Source of the DNA: Camelus ferus
Lineage: Eukaryota
Length of the DNA stretch: 64,000 nucleotides
Assembly: GCF_009834535.1 (NCBI RefSeq)
Contig: NC_045697.1
Span: 86,492,001 to 86,556,000 of the forward strand
Direction of reading: 5' to 3'
Shown piece by piece: positions 12,535 through 25,376 of this stretch. Position 1 is the first letter of the stretch, and every line of letters starts with the position of its first letter. The translations under genes and the position numbers were made by a program. A model generated the notes under the pieces. It was not told where the DNA came from. It was given only the letters and a program-made list of their open reading frames with translations, and did not search any database.

Positions 12535-14780
12535 TGAAATGTATCATATACAAAAGTGTGTCAATTATATACACACAGTTTAAAGAACTGTAAATTCACC
12601 AACCTATTACACAACCTAAGAATTAAAACATTATCAGTAGTTTGAAGACTCTTTCAAGGAATATTTTCATTATCAGATAAAATTTCCCATGATTGCCTGG
12701 TGAATAACCACTGTCAGGTATTTTGTGTTACCCATTCCTTTGCTTTTCTTTATAGTTTTACCACATATGCACATACTCATAAATGACTTTGTTTGCTGTT
12801 GCCTCTTTTAAACATTCATATGGAGTTCCACTAATGTATTTTTTAACTTGGAATTTTTTTTGTTGTACATTTTGTTTGAGATTCATCTGTATTCATTCAT
12901 GTGTCTTTGGTTCATTCATTTTTCCCTGAAATTAGTCCATTTAAATGATTATATCACAGTTTATTTATCCATTCTGCTATTGATGGAGCTTTGGCTCATT
13001 TTACTTTTTTGCTATTAAATTTGTTCTGGTGCACATGTGCAAGAGTTTCTCAAGGGTATTTACTTAGGAGTGATACAGTTTAGATTGTAGGGTAAATGCA
13101 CCTGCAGTTTTACCAGGAAATGTAAAATTGTTTTCCATAGTGCTTGCATCCACCAGTATTTACTCTCCCACCAGTATTAGATGAGAGTTTCCACTGTTCC
13201 ATGTCCTTACCAACACTTGTTATTATCTGACTTTTAAATTCTTGCTTCTCTGGTAAATGTGGAATGGTGTCTCATTGTAGTTTTAATTCATGTTTCTGTA
13301 ATTATTAATGGAGCTGAATTTTTAAATGTGATAAAGAGGTCCTTATATGTTTTCTTATATGAAACACCTGTTGATGGTTCTTACTTGTTTTTTGCCCATT
13401 GTATCAAGTCATTTGAATTTTTCTTGGTTTACAGGAATTCTTTGTACATTTTGTATATTAAACCTTTGGTGTTAATATATTCAACATACATTGTCACCCA
13501 GTTGGAAGTTTATTTCACATTTTTTTTAATCTACAGGTAACTCTTAATTTTAATGTAATTGAATTTACCAATATTTTCTTGTTTTACTGTGTGTTTTTAT
13601 GTCTTGAAGAAATCCTTCTGCTCCCAGGATCATGAATATATTCTCTTATGTTTAATGATAAATATTTTGAAGTTTTGCTTTTCATATTAAGTTCCTAATC
13701 TGTATGGAATTGACTATTTTTTTCTTTAATGTGGTTTGGAATTGTATGCATAACCAGTTATCTTGGCATCATTTTTTGACTCGTCTGTTCTTTTTCCAGT
13801 GATAGATAATCCGACTTTGTAATCCATTAAGTGTTTATGTATGTGGGAGTCTATTTCAGAGATCTCTATTATGCCTGTTTGTACCAGTGTCATATCAATA
13901 CCTGACTTTTCCTTTTTTTTAGAACTTGTCCTGGTTATTTTTGGCTTTTTTGCTCCCTCAAATACCTTTTAGAATCAGTATGCCAAGTTCCCTGAAAAAA
14001 GCCTGTTTTGATTTTTATAGACATTTAATTGAATATGCAGACTTACTTGGGGAAGAGTTGAAAATATTGATTGATATTGAGAATTGATATTGTATTTAAC
14101 CCTCTTTTTCCTGAATGTCTACTTCTCTGTTTCTTTAGGTCTTGAAGAAGACCTATGTTTGTCTACAAGTTTTAAAATTTTTCAACTTAAGGTTTTTGTG
14201 TATCTGTTGCAAGATATATCTCTTTAGATACCTAGGTATCTTGTTGTTGTTATTACAAATAGTATATTTTGTAAAATGGCATCTTAAACTAGTGGTGGTG
14301 TGTACAAGTGTGCTTGATCCTTTTATGTTAATCTTATATTCAGCAGCCATGTTGTGCTACTCTATTATTGCTAAGAAGAATCTCTGGAGTTTTCTAAGTA
14401 GATATTCATACTATATGCAAATAATATTTTTGTTTCTGCCTTTCCAGTCTTTATGCCTTTTTGTTTCTTTTCCTTACTGTGCCTCTACTACAGTGTTCAA
14501 TAAAAGGGGTATTTTGGGCATGCTTGTCTTACTCCCATTTTTTAAGAGAATTAATATTTCACGAGTAAATATGGTATTTGCTGTAGGTTTTTGCTGGGTT
14601 ATTTTTATCAGGTAAAGAATATACTTTTATTATACTTTAAAGTATATACCTTTATTCTTAGTGTGCTAAGAGTTTCTATGAATAATTGGTGAATACTTGT
14701 TATTGGATACTTTTTTCTGCATCCATTGAAATTAAAATATTTTTCTCCTTTATTCTGTTAACATGATAAATTACATTAAT
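12535..14780 (-). mobile_element. Old L1 (L1M-type) fragment, antisense
   Basis: T-rich antisense L1 3'UTR/ORF2 phrases (tttatttatccattctgctattgatgg; tactctcccaccagt...atgagagtttcc; ggtgtctcattgtagttttaatt; ttttttctgcatccattga); no intact ORF. Confidence 0.8.
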
Positions 14781-14793
14781 CATTTTTTAAGTC

Positions 14794-14856
14794 ATATATA
14801 TATGTATATGTGAATACATACACATACATATATAAATACATACATATATGTATGTA
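14794..14856. repeat. (TA/CA/TG) low-complexity tract
   Basis: atatatatatgtatatgtgaatacatacacatacatatataaatacatatacatatatgtatgtat. Confidence 0.75.
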
Positions 14857-16468
14857 TTTTTGCCTACCCCCTAGCATCTTAGGTTTTCTTTATTAAGAGG
14901 GATTTTCTGAACATGTAGATCTTTTTGTTACCAGAAGCAGAAGCACTCTAAGTAAATTTCCCTATTTGGCAGTGTCAGAAGTGTTGGGCTTTCAGATACT
15001 GGGCTAACAGTGTCGAACTCATCGTGGTCAGTTATTCAGGGCATCCATGAAATACAAGAGTCAACAGAAGCAGCAGGTCAGAAGTCAAATCTGCAGTTTA
15101 GAACTAGGGAGATATAAATATTTAGGAGCAAAGAAAGCATTGTCAAATATCCAGACAGATAAGAACACATAATTCTTCTGGATATGAAGGAAAGGGACAA
15201 AAATACTAAATGAATGACTGCACTAGTAATAAGGGATGACCTGAGGCCTAGAAGTACTTCAGCCTTGTGTTTTTAATTTGGTAATGCTGGTGGTAGAAAC
15301 AGTGGTGGTAGCTACTGTGGTAGACAGTCCTCACCCCTTGCAGCCTGCAAGCCACAGTCAGTGAGTCTGCTGGACTGGAGTAATGAGTGAGAGGAGATCA
15401 GAGCAGTCATGACCTGTCTGTCCTTTCACAGTTGCATGAGTTGCTGAGAGAGCTTTTTTCTGTTTATAGATAAACTCATTCCAAGTATAAATATTGTATA
15501 CTGAGTGAGTACAGTGAATGTGACATATAGAGATGATCTTTAGTATTTTGAAAAAAAGAATTATTTCTGGCACAATTGAGAATACCAGGAATATATAATA
15601 AATTACAAATATAGGCAAAATAGGCTATTTAATGACGTTTGAGTGGAGAGAATTGGTATGTGCAAACAACATCAGTAGATTTTGTTGGTTGGAAAGGAAC
15701 ATGAGCCTATATCTTAGACAGTATATGTAACGGGCAATAAGAGATCTTGATTTTAATAAGGTTTCTGCTACTCTTTAATGCTCTCATGAATAGTTGGAGG
15801 AATATTGCCTGAATAATAGTACAGGTTGTGTATTTATAATTGTTTGAACAACTACATGCCAAACTGTTGATTTAAGTGTTTAGAACCAACAGTAAACTAA
15901 GACTCATACCATATCCTTATTTGGAATATAGCGCCATTATTAATTATTGCTAAGGTGAAAGATACGTGTGTTTGTATAATTTTATACTTGATGAATATTT
16001 TCAGTGAGTGTGATTTGACTTGACAATTTCACTTTCCTTCCATACTGAATCAGGATCAGGAGGCAAATTATTAACTGCTAACTGTTTTCTGTGAATAAAA
16101 CACTCTGTGAATTAGGGTTTTGGGTTTTTTTTTTTTGCACTCTTGTTTTAACTTTTTTTTTGGTAATAAGCTCAATTTCTTTCTGTTCTACCTTCTGTGA
16201 AGTAAAGAGAACATTTGTAAGTGTTTCTCTAGCACCTAACACAATGCTGTTCATAATGATACCTGCTGGCTTAATAATACTGCATGATTCTTTATAGTAA
16301 CCATACATATATTTAAAGATAGGTAATATTTTATAAGCAAATTTAAAATATCCTTCTTAAATATTTCAACATAGTTTTTGGGAAAAGCATACATTTTTCT
16401 TAGACTCCATCTATGGAACAGAGTAAGGTATTGAACAAATAAACAGTTACTTTTCTTATTTCTTACAG

Positions 16469-16713
16469 GTGCACAGACCAGGTTTACATTTGAGCTGCCA
16501 AATCACAGACTGCGTTTTACTTCAAAAGTTTCTGCCACAGATATGTCAACCATTCCACCTTCTGCTAGTCTTAACCTTCCTCCTGTTACTATGTCAGGGA
16601 AATATATAATGGAGGAGCATGACAGTTATTCAGATCAGGTGTGGAGTATAGATGAACTGCCTTCTAAACAAGGGTACTATTTACAGGGAAATTATCTGCG
16701 TTGTGTGGCCGAA
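16469..16713 (+). CDS. BLTP1: BLTP1 coding exon (window exon 8)
   Basis: ttacag|GTGCACAG...GCCGAA|gtaagt; AQTRFTFELPNHRLRFTSKV...NYLRCVAE; phase 1->0. Confidence 0.95.
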
Positions 16714-16852
16714 GTAAGTTCAGTTTTTAGTTTTCTTACTCTTTGTAATTTAGGAGTTTTGATGCTTTAGGTGTACCAAAATGTGTAGTAATCCAAATTT
16801 TTAAGACAAGTCATCAAATCATTTATTCTTACAGAATTTTATACTTAATCTG

Positions 16853-16874
16853 GTGTGTGTGTGTGTGTGTGTGT
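16853..16874. repeat. (GT)11 microsatellite
   Basis: gtgtgtgtgtgtgtgtgtgtgt, about 140 bp downstream of the exon ending at 16713. Confidence 0.9.
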
Positions 16875-18846
16875 ACATATACATATGTATGTCTCTCTCC
16901 TTAATAGTTTTATTTAAACTTTTTTTTTGTTTTAGTTATCTTTGAATTTATATTTCTTACATTGGGTTTTACATCTATCTGTGCAATATTTTCGTGATTC
17001 ATTTGATTATAAAACTAATGGCATCTAACATTTGTCAAGGCCTTTATATGTGTTGGCTTGTACAGTCCTTAAATCAATTCTTTGAGGTAGTTAAATTCTC
17101 ATTTTAAAGGGGTAGAAACAACCTTAAACAAACTTTAGAGTAATGATAAAATAATTACAGTTAGAATCACAGACTAATTTCTTTACTAAGGGAAGTGGAA
17201 AGCCAGCATATCTGATTCCATCATTATTTTTTCACTTTATATCTGTGCAGCTGTCACAAGTTTAAAAAACATTTGGAAAAATGTTTTCATTTGATTTGTG
17301 GTAAGCACGACATTTGTTATCATCCTAATTTGATACAGGAGAAAATTGAGGTTAGAGAGATTAAATCATTGTCCGTCAGTCTCCGGACTATCCAATGCGA
17401 GATGGAGGGGTCCCACACTGTGCTGCCAGCTTACTTCATCAGTTTGTAGAAACAGTTGCAACCTTATCAAAATTCAATTAGCCAACTATTTGTTTTATAA
17501 ATTTTAGTCTCTAGACTATGAAGCATCTACAAGAATGCTCTTTGGCTTCTTTGCTAGAATATTACAGCTCTGTAAGGCATATTTAAGGCTGATTTATCTT
17601 CTTTAGACCCTGCTTACCCTAGTGCCTCTCTAGGAGTTGGGATTTCAGAATGTGAAAAACAAGCGTCCCCAAAAAACAGTATACAAGATTCTAGAAGTCA
17701 AATACTTATTTACTAAAAGATAGGTTATAAAGTGTATTTCATTTGTGCTTTCTACTCTGAAAAATAGTGTCCCAAATTCTAGTTTAGCAATGCTATTATT
17801 AACACTTAATTTGACAGAAAAGAAAACAAACCTAATGCAATGTATTGCATAACTCCTTACTAATATTAGCTATTATATAGGTATAAAGTTTGTAATTGGG
17901 AAAGAACATAATCCCAGGTTTACTCAGAATGCAGTTAATTACAAACATTTGAAGGAATCTAAAGTTGCATCTCTCTGAGAGGTGCCTGTTTTATTATGGC
18001 CTGAAATAGATGCTTGTGAAATCACCTTTGCCCATTTGGTACTACTCTATACAAAATAAAAGTGCCCAGTGCAACTTAGACTTTATGTGACTTCTCACTT
18101 AAGAAGAGATTGCTAAATCTGTTTTGCTTTTAATTTTTGATCAAAATATGAATGCTTTCAAATAGACAAATGTTGGACCTTTTGCCTTATTAATAAGGAT
18201 TTTTCAATCCATGTTTGCTTTATAAAATTCAACTTCAATTAGGGCCTATTTTCTCTTTAACCTATTTATTAACTAATTCTTGCCAGAAATTTTAATCTTT
18301 ATACTAATCATAGGGCATGTATTATAGTAAAACTGATTGAGTATATCTGATTTGCTAATTCATTCAAATGTAAGCTTCATGAGAGCCATAATTTTGTTGT
18401 TTTTATTTACAGCTGTAACCTAACGCAGTACACAGAGTAGGTGGCCAATAAATGTTTGAATAAGTATATTTACTTCCACTTACACTTGTCTATGGTTCTA
18501 ACACTACAACAGGGGTCATTAAAAATAAATATTACTCTACATAAAATATCAGTTTTGAAAATTAGCATTTACACAGTTAAAGTGTAATTTTCATTCATTT
18601 TCAAAAGATTTCTCATACTTTTTTGGCTACTGTTATTTACAAAGCTAGGGGGAATGGCTCATAACAACGTCAGGCCAGTAGAGTATTGGAGAATCTGAAT
18701 AATTTTAACCCGTCTTCAGTATATTAGTTTCAGGTGGTATGTAGATAATTAATTGCTTTTCCTCAGTTTGGAATGACTTATTTGAGATGTATTTAAAACT
18801 AATATAGTCCATAGTGTTAATCTAATATTCTGATTTTGTTTGGCAG

Positions 18847-18952
18847 GTTGGTTCCTTTGAACATAATCTTACAACTGATCTTCTAAACCACTTGGTATTT
18901 GTACAGAAAGTGTTCATGAAGGAAGTTAATGAAGTAATACAAAAAGTTTCTG
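18847..18952 (+). CDS. BLTP1: BLTP1 coding exon (window exon 9)
   Basis: tggcag|GTTGGT...TTTCTG|gtaaga; VGSFEHNLTTDLLNHLVFVQKVFMKEVNEVIQKVS; phase 0->1. Confidence 0.94.
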
Positions 18953-21334
18953 GTAAGATGATCTGGTTTCTTATAGAACATATAGCAGGGTTTTATTATC
19001 ATTGGCTATATGATGTTCCATGTATCAGTAGTATGAGTATCAATCCTATCATTTAGATAAAATTGTTGAGTAACTCCCTTAAAAAAATCCGCATTCTTTT
19101 TCTGGCTTTCTCACTCACAGATTCTTTTGCTTATTACTTTCGTTATGTGTAATATGTACATTTACAGTTTATAAACTAAGCAAAGCTCCCTTATGTTTCC
19201 CTTCTTAAAGAAAAAGCTTAGTATGTATCTACTAACCATATTAAATTAACCTTACTCATTTGGGGACAAAATTTAGATCAATATTAGCTTTCGATTTTAA
19301 CCTCCAGATGGTAACTGTATACTGGCTACATGGTAAATTGTCTGTAGCAATTCTTACTATGTTTTTGCTATTCCTCAAGACATTACAGTCGAGTTTCTTA
19401 ATCACTATTTTGTGTTGTAACAGGAAATGTATGTTTTTAAGAATATTTAATTGATTTTTAATTTACAAGATAAAGTAGTAAGAGAGTGGAAAACAAGTTG
19501 GCAGTATATAACAATTCTTGAGGCTAAATATTTCCAGTATGAATGTAGTCATGTTAAAATGATAGTTAAGCCTCATCTATAAATTGGTATCAAGAGGAGA
19601 TTCCTCAATGTTGATAGATAAATTCATTCATTTAACAAATTTATTAAGTATTCAGGTATTCAGTTATAATTGTGATGAGTTCTCTGAATGACAAGAAGAG
19701 GGTGCTGTGTCTGTGTCAAAGGAGAAACTGACCTAGTCTAAGGAATGGAAAATGCTTCACAGAGGAAGTGATATTCAGAAACTCATAAGTGAAGTCTCAT
19801 TTGACAAGAAAGGATAAGTAGAGAAGATTGAGGCAGAGCTTATGAACCAGTATTTGATAAGGTCCTGAAGGAGAACAGAACTTAAATTATGTAGCAGCTG
19901 AGTGAGCCAGAGGTTTTCCTGGTTCTCATGGGTTGGTTCTGGTTGTATCTGAGGTCAAGGAGCTCCTTAATGATCACACTGAAGAGGCCTAACAGAGCTA
20001 TAGAATTGTACAAGTTAAGTGTAAAATTCAGATAAATCAGTGATCTTGGAATGTTTCTGAAAATGGTTGAATACAAATCATTACAGATGAGATGAATATA
20101 TAACCCTTTCTGCCACTGAAAGTGTTTCTACTTGGGGAACATGCATAGGTTTTGATGTGACCCATTTACCTGGTTAAAAATCACATTTGAACATTGTCTA
20201 TAATATCAAAGTTAAGAGTATTTCAAGTTGGTAAATTTTTATGAGTTTTAAAGAATATTTTTAAGTCTGCTATTGATGAATGTGTATAATTTAAAAGTGA
20301 ATAGACTCTTCCATAACTAATCTTGTATCTCTTATGGTAAAATCTAGAATTATAGAGCTCCTAGTATTAGACTCATACTGTAAGCTGCCCCTGAAGTGGT
20401 TTTGATGAAAGAGAAAAGCTTTTCTTAACCTTTGAATTGCAGTCAGTTAGGAGTTACAAGTAAAGTATATCCCTAGATCAATGAATATTGAACTGCAAAA
20501 GAAAACTGGATGTTAATATTCTAACCTTGAAGATTTGCTAATCACTGTGAAGAATAGAGAGATCAGATTATGATGCCAAAGTCACTGAGTGACTAGGTCT
20601 GTTCCCCGAACCATTCCTCTTGACTGTAGAGAAAGAATGAACCCTAGGAAAATACCTGAAATGTAAGTCGCATATCATCCAGCTGGCCCAGGGGCCTCAT
20701 GGAGCACAGATGTTCCATTATCCTTTCAAAACCAGAGAATGTAACAGATTGTTGAGAAGGGATACTTTGAACCCTTGTAGCCAGATTTCTTAGTATTCTA
20801 ATCGTTGTGTTGCTTTCCTTCTCTCCCATAATCTTCATGATTGTTTTCCTTATTTATTTCTTGTACTTTTTCCTCATGCTTTTTCTTCATGTTACCTTTA
20901 GCTTTAGGACATTTTCTGTTGCATACGAATACTCATGTTCACAACCATCATCAAGTATGTTAGGAAAATTCTTTTTTGAAAAATCAATTTTTATAATCTT
21001 ATTGCCCATGGATTGCTTGGGTTTCAGAAAGATGTAGGTAAGCACTGTCCTACTAAGCAGAAGAGATCTGTTTTTCAGTATGTATATATAATGGGAAATA
21101 TATGTATAATGAGGTTACCTTCTTACAATTGGACCAGGTGTATATTTAATTTATAATGAGGTTAAAAAACTGTGGTGTTAATGTGACTAATAGTGCCTAT
21201 GGTAATTTACTAAAATTATTGTGTAATACATTTTGTAAGAGGCAGAGCTTTTCTTTTAAATTAAAATTTTTTTTTCTGAAACTATATAAAAGATACTCAA
21301 GGTAGTGACAGCTGAACAAAACAAATAGGCTTTT

Positions 21335-23400
21335 TAAAAATTAGGCTATTTTTAAAGCAGTTTTAGGTTTGTGGCAAAATTGAGGGGAAGGTGTAGAGAT
21401 TTCCTAAATACCCTCTGCCTTCAGTCACGCATAGCCTCCCCCATTATCAACATTCCTACCAGAATGGTACAGTTGTTACAACCGATGAATTACATTGACA
21501 AAACATTATCACTAAAAAGCCCATAGTTTAATGTTTGCCTTGTACGTTCTTTAGGTTTGGACAAATGTACAATGACATGTATGCCCCTGTATAGTATCCT
21601 ACAGAGTAGTTTCTGCCCTAAAAATCCTCTGTGCTCTGCCTATTCAACCCTCCCTTGATTGCATCCAGGTTTTGGCCATTATGAATTAAGCTGCTATAAA
21701 CATACTTATGAAGGTTTCTCTGTGGACATAAGTTCTCAGCTGTTTTTGGTAACTACCAAGGAGCATGATTGCTGGGTCATGTGGGAAAGTATGTTTAGTT
21801 TTGTAGGAAACTGCCAAACCATCATCCAAAGTGACTGTACTATTCTGCATTCCCACCAGAAATGAATGAGAGTTCTTGTTCCTCTTTGTCTTTCTACTGT
21901 TTGGTGTTGTCACTGTTATCAATTTTGGCCATTCTGATGGATGTGTAGTGGTATCTTATTGTTGTTTGAATTTGCATTCCCTTGATGACATGATGTGAAA
22001 AACCTTTTTATGTGCTTAATTGCCATCTGGATATCTTCTTTGGTTAGGTTGTTGTTAAATCTTCAGCCAATTTTTAAATCAGATTGTTTTCTTATTGTAG
22101 GGTTTAAGAGCTCTTGGCATATTTTGGATAATATTCCTTTATCGTACATATCTTTTAGAAATATCTCCCAGTCATGGCTTGTCTTCTTCTCTTACAGCAG
22201 AATTTTTAATTTTAATAAAGTCTAGCTTATCAATTCTTTCTTTCATGGATTGACGTATCTAAAAAGTCATTGTTGTACTGAAGGTCATTTAGGTTCTCTC
22301 CTATGTTATATGATTTTTATACTTTTCTCTTTTACATTTAGACTTGTGATCAGTGTGAGTTAATTTTTGTGACAGATTTAAGGTCTATATCTAGATTCAC
22401 TTTTTTGCTTGTGGATGTCTATTTATCCAGTGCCATATGTGAAAAAGACTGTATCTTTGCTCCATTGTGGTGCCTTGTGCTCCTTTGTCAAAGATCAGTT
22501 AATTGCATTTATGTGGGTCTATTTCTGAGCTCTCCCTTCTGTTCTGTTAATCATTTTTGTCTGTTATTTCTCCAGTAACCACACTGTTTTGATTATGGTA
22601 GCTTGTAGTCTCGCAGTCAGGTAGTTTCAGTCCTCTAGTTTTATTCTTCTCCTTATTTTATTGGCTATTCTGGATATTTTGTCTCTTCACATACACCTTA
22701 GAATAAGTTTGTCAGTATCCACAAAAACACTTGGTAGGATTTTGATTGGGATTGCATCAAGTCTATATAGCTAGTTGAGAAGAACTGACATCTATCTTTG
22801 ATCAGAGTTTTGTAGTTTTTTTCATATACATCTTGGACATATATTGTTAATTTATAATTAAGTATTTCTTTTTTTGAGGTGCTAATGTAAATGGTATTGT
22901 GTTTTAATTTCAAATTCCACTGTTTATTGCCGGTGCACAGAAAAGTGATTAGCCTCTGTGTATTATTAACCTTGTATCCTACAACTTTGCTATAATCACT
23001 TATTGGTTCCAGAAAATTCTATGCAGATGATCAGGTCATTTGTGAACAAAGAGTTTTATTTCTTCCTTCTCAATCTGTATATTTTTAATTTCCTTTCCTT
23101 GTCTTACTGCATTAGCTAAGACTTGTATAATGTTCAAAAAGGAGTGGTAAGAGGGGATATCCTTGTTCTGTACCTTCTTAGTTGGAAAGCTTTGAGCTTT
23201 TCACCATTGAGCATGATATTAGCTGTAGGTTTTTTGTAGATATTCTTTATCAAATTGAGTTCTCTATTCCTAGGTTACTAAGAGTCTTTATTATCAATAG
23301 GTACTGGATTTTGTCATGTGCTTTTTCTGCATCTTTTGATATGATCATTTGATTTTTCTTTAGCCTGTTGATCTGATGAATTACATTAACTGATTACCTA
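21335..23400 (-). mobile_element. L1 (L1MC/MD-like) 3' fragment, antisense
   Basis: gcagttttaggtttgtggcaaaattgagg 3' end; ctgtactattctgcattcccaccag; gggattgcatcaagtctata; minus-strand ORFs with L1 ORF2-like residues (PHDPAIMLLG, VQDVYEKNYKTLIKD). Confidence 0.88.
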
Positions 23401-23657
23401 ATAGGAAAAAACTTCCTATCCCACCTATATATGATCCCTGTGATGATGCTAAACTCAATATACATACAGGAAAAAAAGGAATCATTTTAAGATGAATCAT
23501 TTAAGATAGAATATTTGAAAGATAAACATGCAGAAAAGTTTTTATAATAAGGGAAAGAGAAGACGAAATAGAAGTTGTATTTTAAAATATTAGAAAATAT
23601 TATTTCCTTAAGGCCACAAGGCCTGTGGAACAAGTGGTCTATTAATAGGAACTTTAG

Positions 23658-23980
23658 GCGGAGTGGGGCTGCCCCTGGCGAACTGGTGGAATAGCTGCCC
23701 TCTCCCGGCTGCTGGGCCTGGGAGCGGCCTCTGCTGCCCTAGAGGCGTGACTCGGGTCTCCAGGTGAGCTTGCTCCTGGGAGGCGGGGGCGGCGGCGGCC
23801 GCAGCAGGGGGAGGGGGTCCGTTCCAGGGAGCTGCTCCATTTCTTCTCTCCCTCGCGGCCTGGGGGGGCGACCTGGCCTGGGGGCGACCTCTGCCCGCCG
23901 GAGATTTGCCTGAGGACTCCAGCCAATCCTGGGGGCATCCTCTGCTGCCCAAGAAGCCGGATGCCCGTCTCCAGGTGACC
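23658..23980. promoter_or_regulatory. CpG-island-like segment carried at the 5' end of the retrocopy
   Basis: About 20 CpG (counted by eye) in about 320 bp, including a GCGGCCGC site and GGGGCGG boxes, in an otherwise AT-rich, CpG-poor intron. Confidence 0.7.
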
Positions 23981-24863
23981 TTTTAGGTTATTGGGTCACA
24001 GATTGCTGGCACAATCATCCCTGTTCTCAAACGTCTTTTAAACTTGGGTGAAGTGATAAGTAGGGGAAGAAGATGACTTACTGAAAGCAATGCAGAGTCT
24101 CCCGAGAAGAGATTCACACTGAACAGCTTTGTGTCAGACTTTGGAAGACCGCTGGTGCCCACGGTGTTATCTGGCAGGGCAATGACGAATCAAGGTCCCT
24201 CTTTCACTGCTACGTCAATGAAGTGGACCACTTGGACAAGGCCAAAGCTGGTATCCCAACCATAGCCCTTGACAGTGATATTCGGCTCCAGGAAGCCATC
24301 AGATGCAGCAGGTGGCCAGAGGAGGAGCCGAACAGGCTCATGAAATGTGACATCCCCAACTTCATCAACACGGACCAGAACTCTTCCTTTGGGGAAGATG
24401 ATCTCCTGATTTTGTAAACACCGATTGTTCTAGAAAATAAGCCAGTTGCCCAGACCTCACACAAAGACTTGAATTGAGAAATGTGCTTTGTCAAGTGTCT
24501 TTCTGAAGATGTGAAGTCTATTTTTGTATGGCAGGAAGTCCCCTTTCACAAAATTGTATGTGTTTGTGTCTGAGAGAGAGAAATCGAGACAGACAGAAAG
24601 ACGAAGAGACAGAAGAGAGCCCCCTCAGAAGAGAGCTAGTTGAGGTTCCCAGTGGCCTGACCCATGCACCAGATTTGATGTAGGAACTGTTCCACCGAAA
24701 GAAATCCCTTCGCCATAATATCTTTTGAGGAAAATATTATTCTTTAAGACTCTAACACTAAATCGTAGAACAAAGCATGGAACATTTCTTGTAGTTAATA
24801 CCTGTTCATGCAAAAAGAAACTTGATATTTTCATTAAAGAATGTTGATTTTAATAAAAAAAAA
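23658..24863 (+). pseudogene. MRAP2: Processed pseudogene (retrocopy) of melanocortin-2 receptor accessory protein 2
   Basis: 24088-24477 translates as NAESPEKRFTLNSFVSDFGRPL..[frameshift near 24170]..QGNDESRSLFHCYVNEVDHLDKAK...MKCDIPNFINTDQNSSFGEDDLLIL*TPIVLENKPVAQTSHKDLN*, which matches the MRAP2 C-terminus as I recall it. Premature TAA at 24415-24417; ATTAAA at 24833-24838; A-tail; perfect direct repeat AATAGGAACTTTAG at 23644-23657 and 24864-24877. Confidence 0.9.
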
Positions 24864-25376
24864 AATAGGAACTTTAGTCCCAGGGTCCCCTGTCCCCATT
24901 TTTTTTTTAACGTATAGGTCAAACTTTTATTGTCACACTTTTTGTTATTAGCATCTGCTGCCTTATTTTTCATTTCTCCACCTTTATTTTTTTTTCATTC
25001 TTTTTTTGTTTATAGCACATATACATATAAATGATAAAGGTCACATTTTTGATTGAAGAAATGAGTTCAGTGTATTTTTTTCCCTCAGATATATTTTCTG
25101 AGATGTATAGTCATGTTTGGTTTAATTATATGTAAAAAAATTTAATTTAGTTCTTACAAAATATTCTCAATAAATGTCTATATATGCATTATTATCCTGA
25201 TCTTACATACATCTGCCTCAGTGAAATGTGACAGGGCTAAAATTCCCTGTTAAAGATTGAGTTAATGATCAGTAAAAAGAAAGTGTTTTGTGGTTTTTAT
25301 TTTGAAAACACACAAAGTAGTTATTTTCCTTTTTAAAGAAATTGCTTCTGGCCTTCAATTATTTGACCTCTTTCAG

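Noticed and set aside
14142..14615. 157-aa hydrophobic ORF (and similar ORFs at 5914, 13259, 31530)
   Set aside because: F/L/I-rich translations of T-rich antisense L1, MIR or intron sequence; no splice-phase fit with BLTP1.
23606..23625. cttaaggccacaag resembling MRAP2 LKAHK codons
   Set aside because: Lies outside the target-site duplication, needs an indel to fit, and has no flanking homology; chance match.
23608..23952. 114-aa and 94-aa minus-strand Pro/Ala/Gly-rich ORFs
   Set aside because: Stop-poor by-products of the GC-rich retrocopy leader; they cross the insertion boundary and match nothing I recognise.
24223..24417. 64-aa ORF as a functional MRAP2 retrogene
   Set aside because: Starts at GTG in mid-domain, is preceded by a frameshift, ends at a premature TAA and lacks the TM domain.
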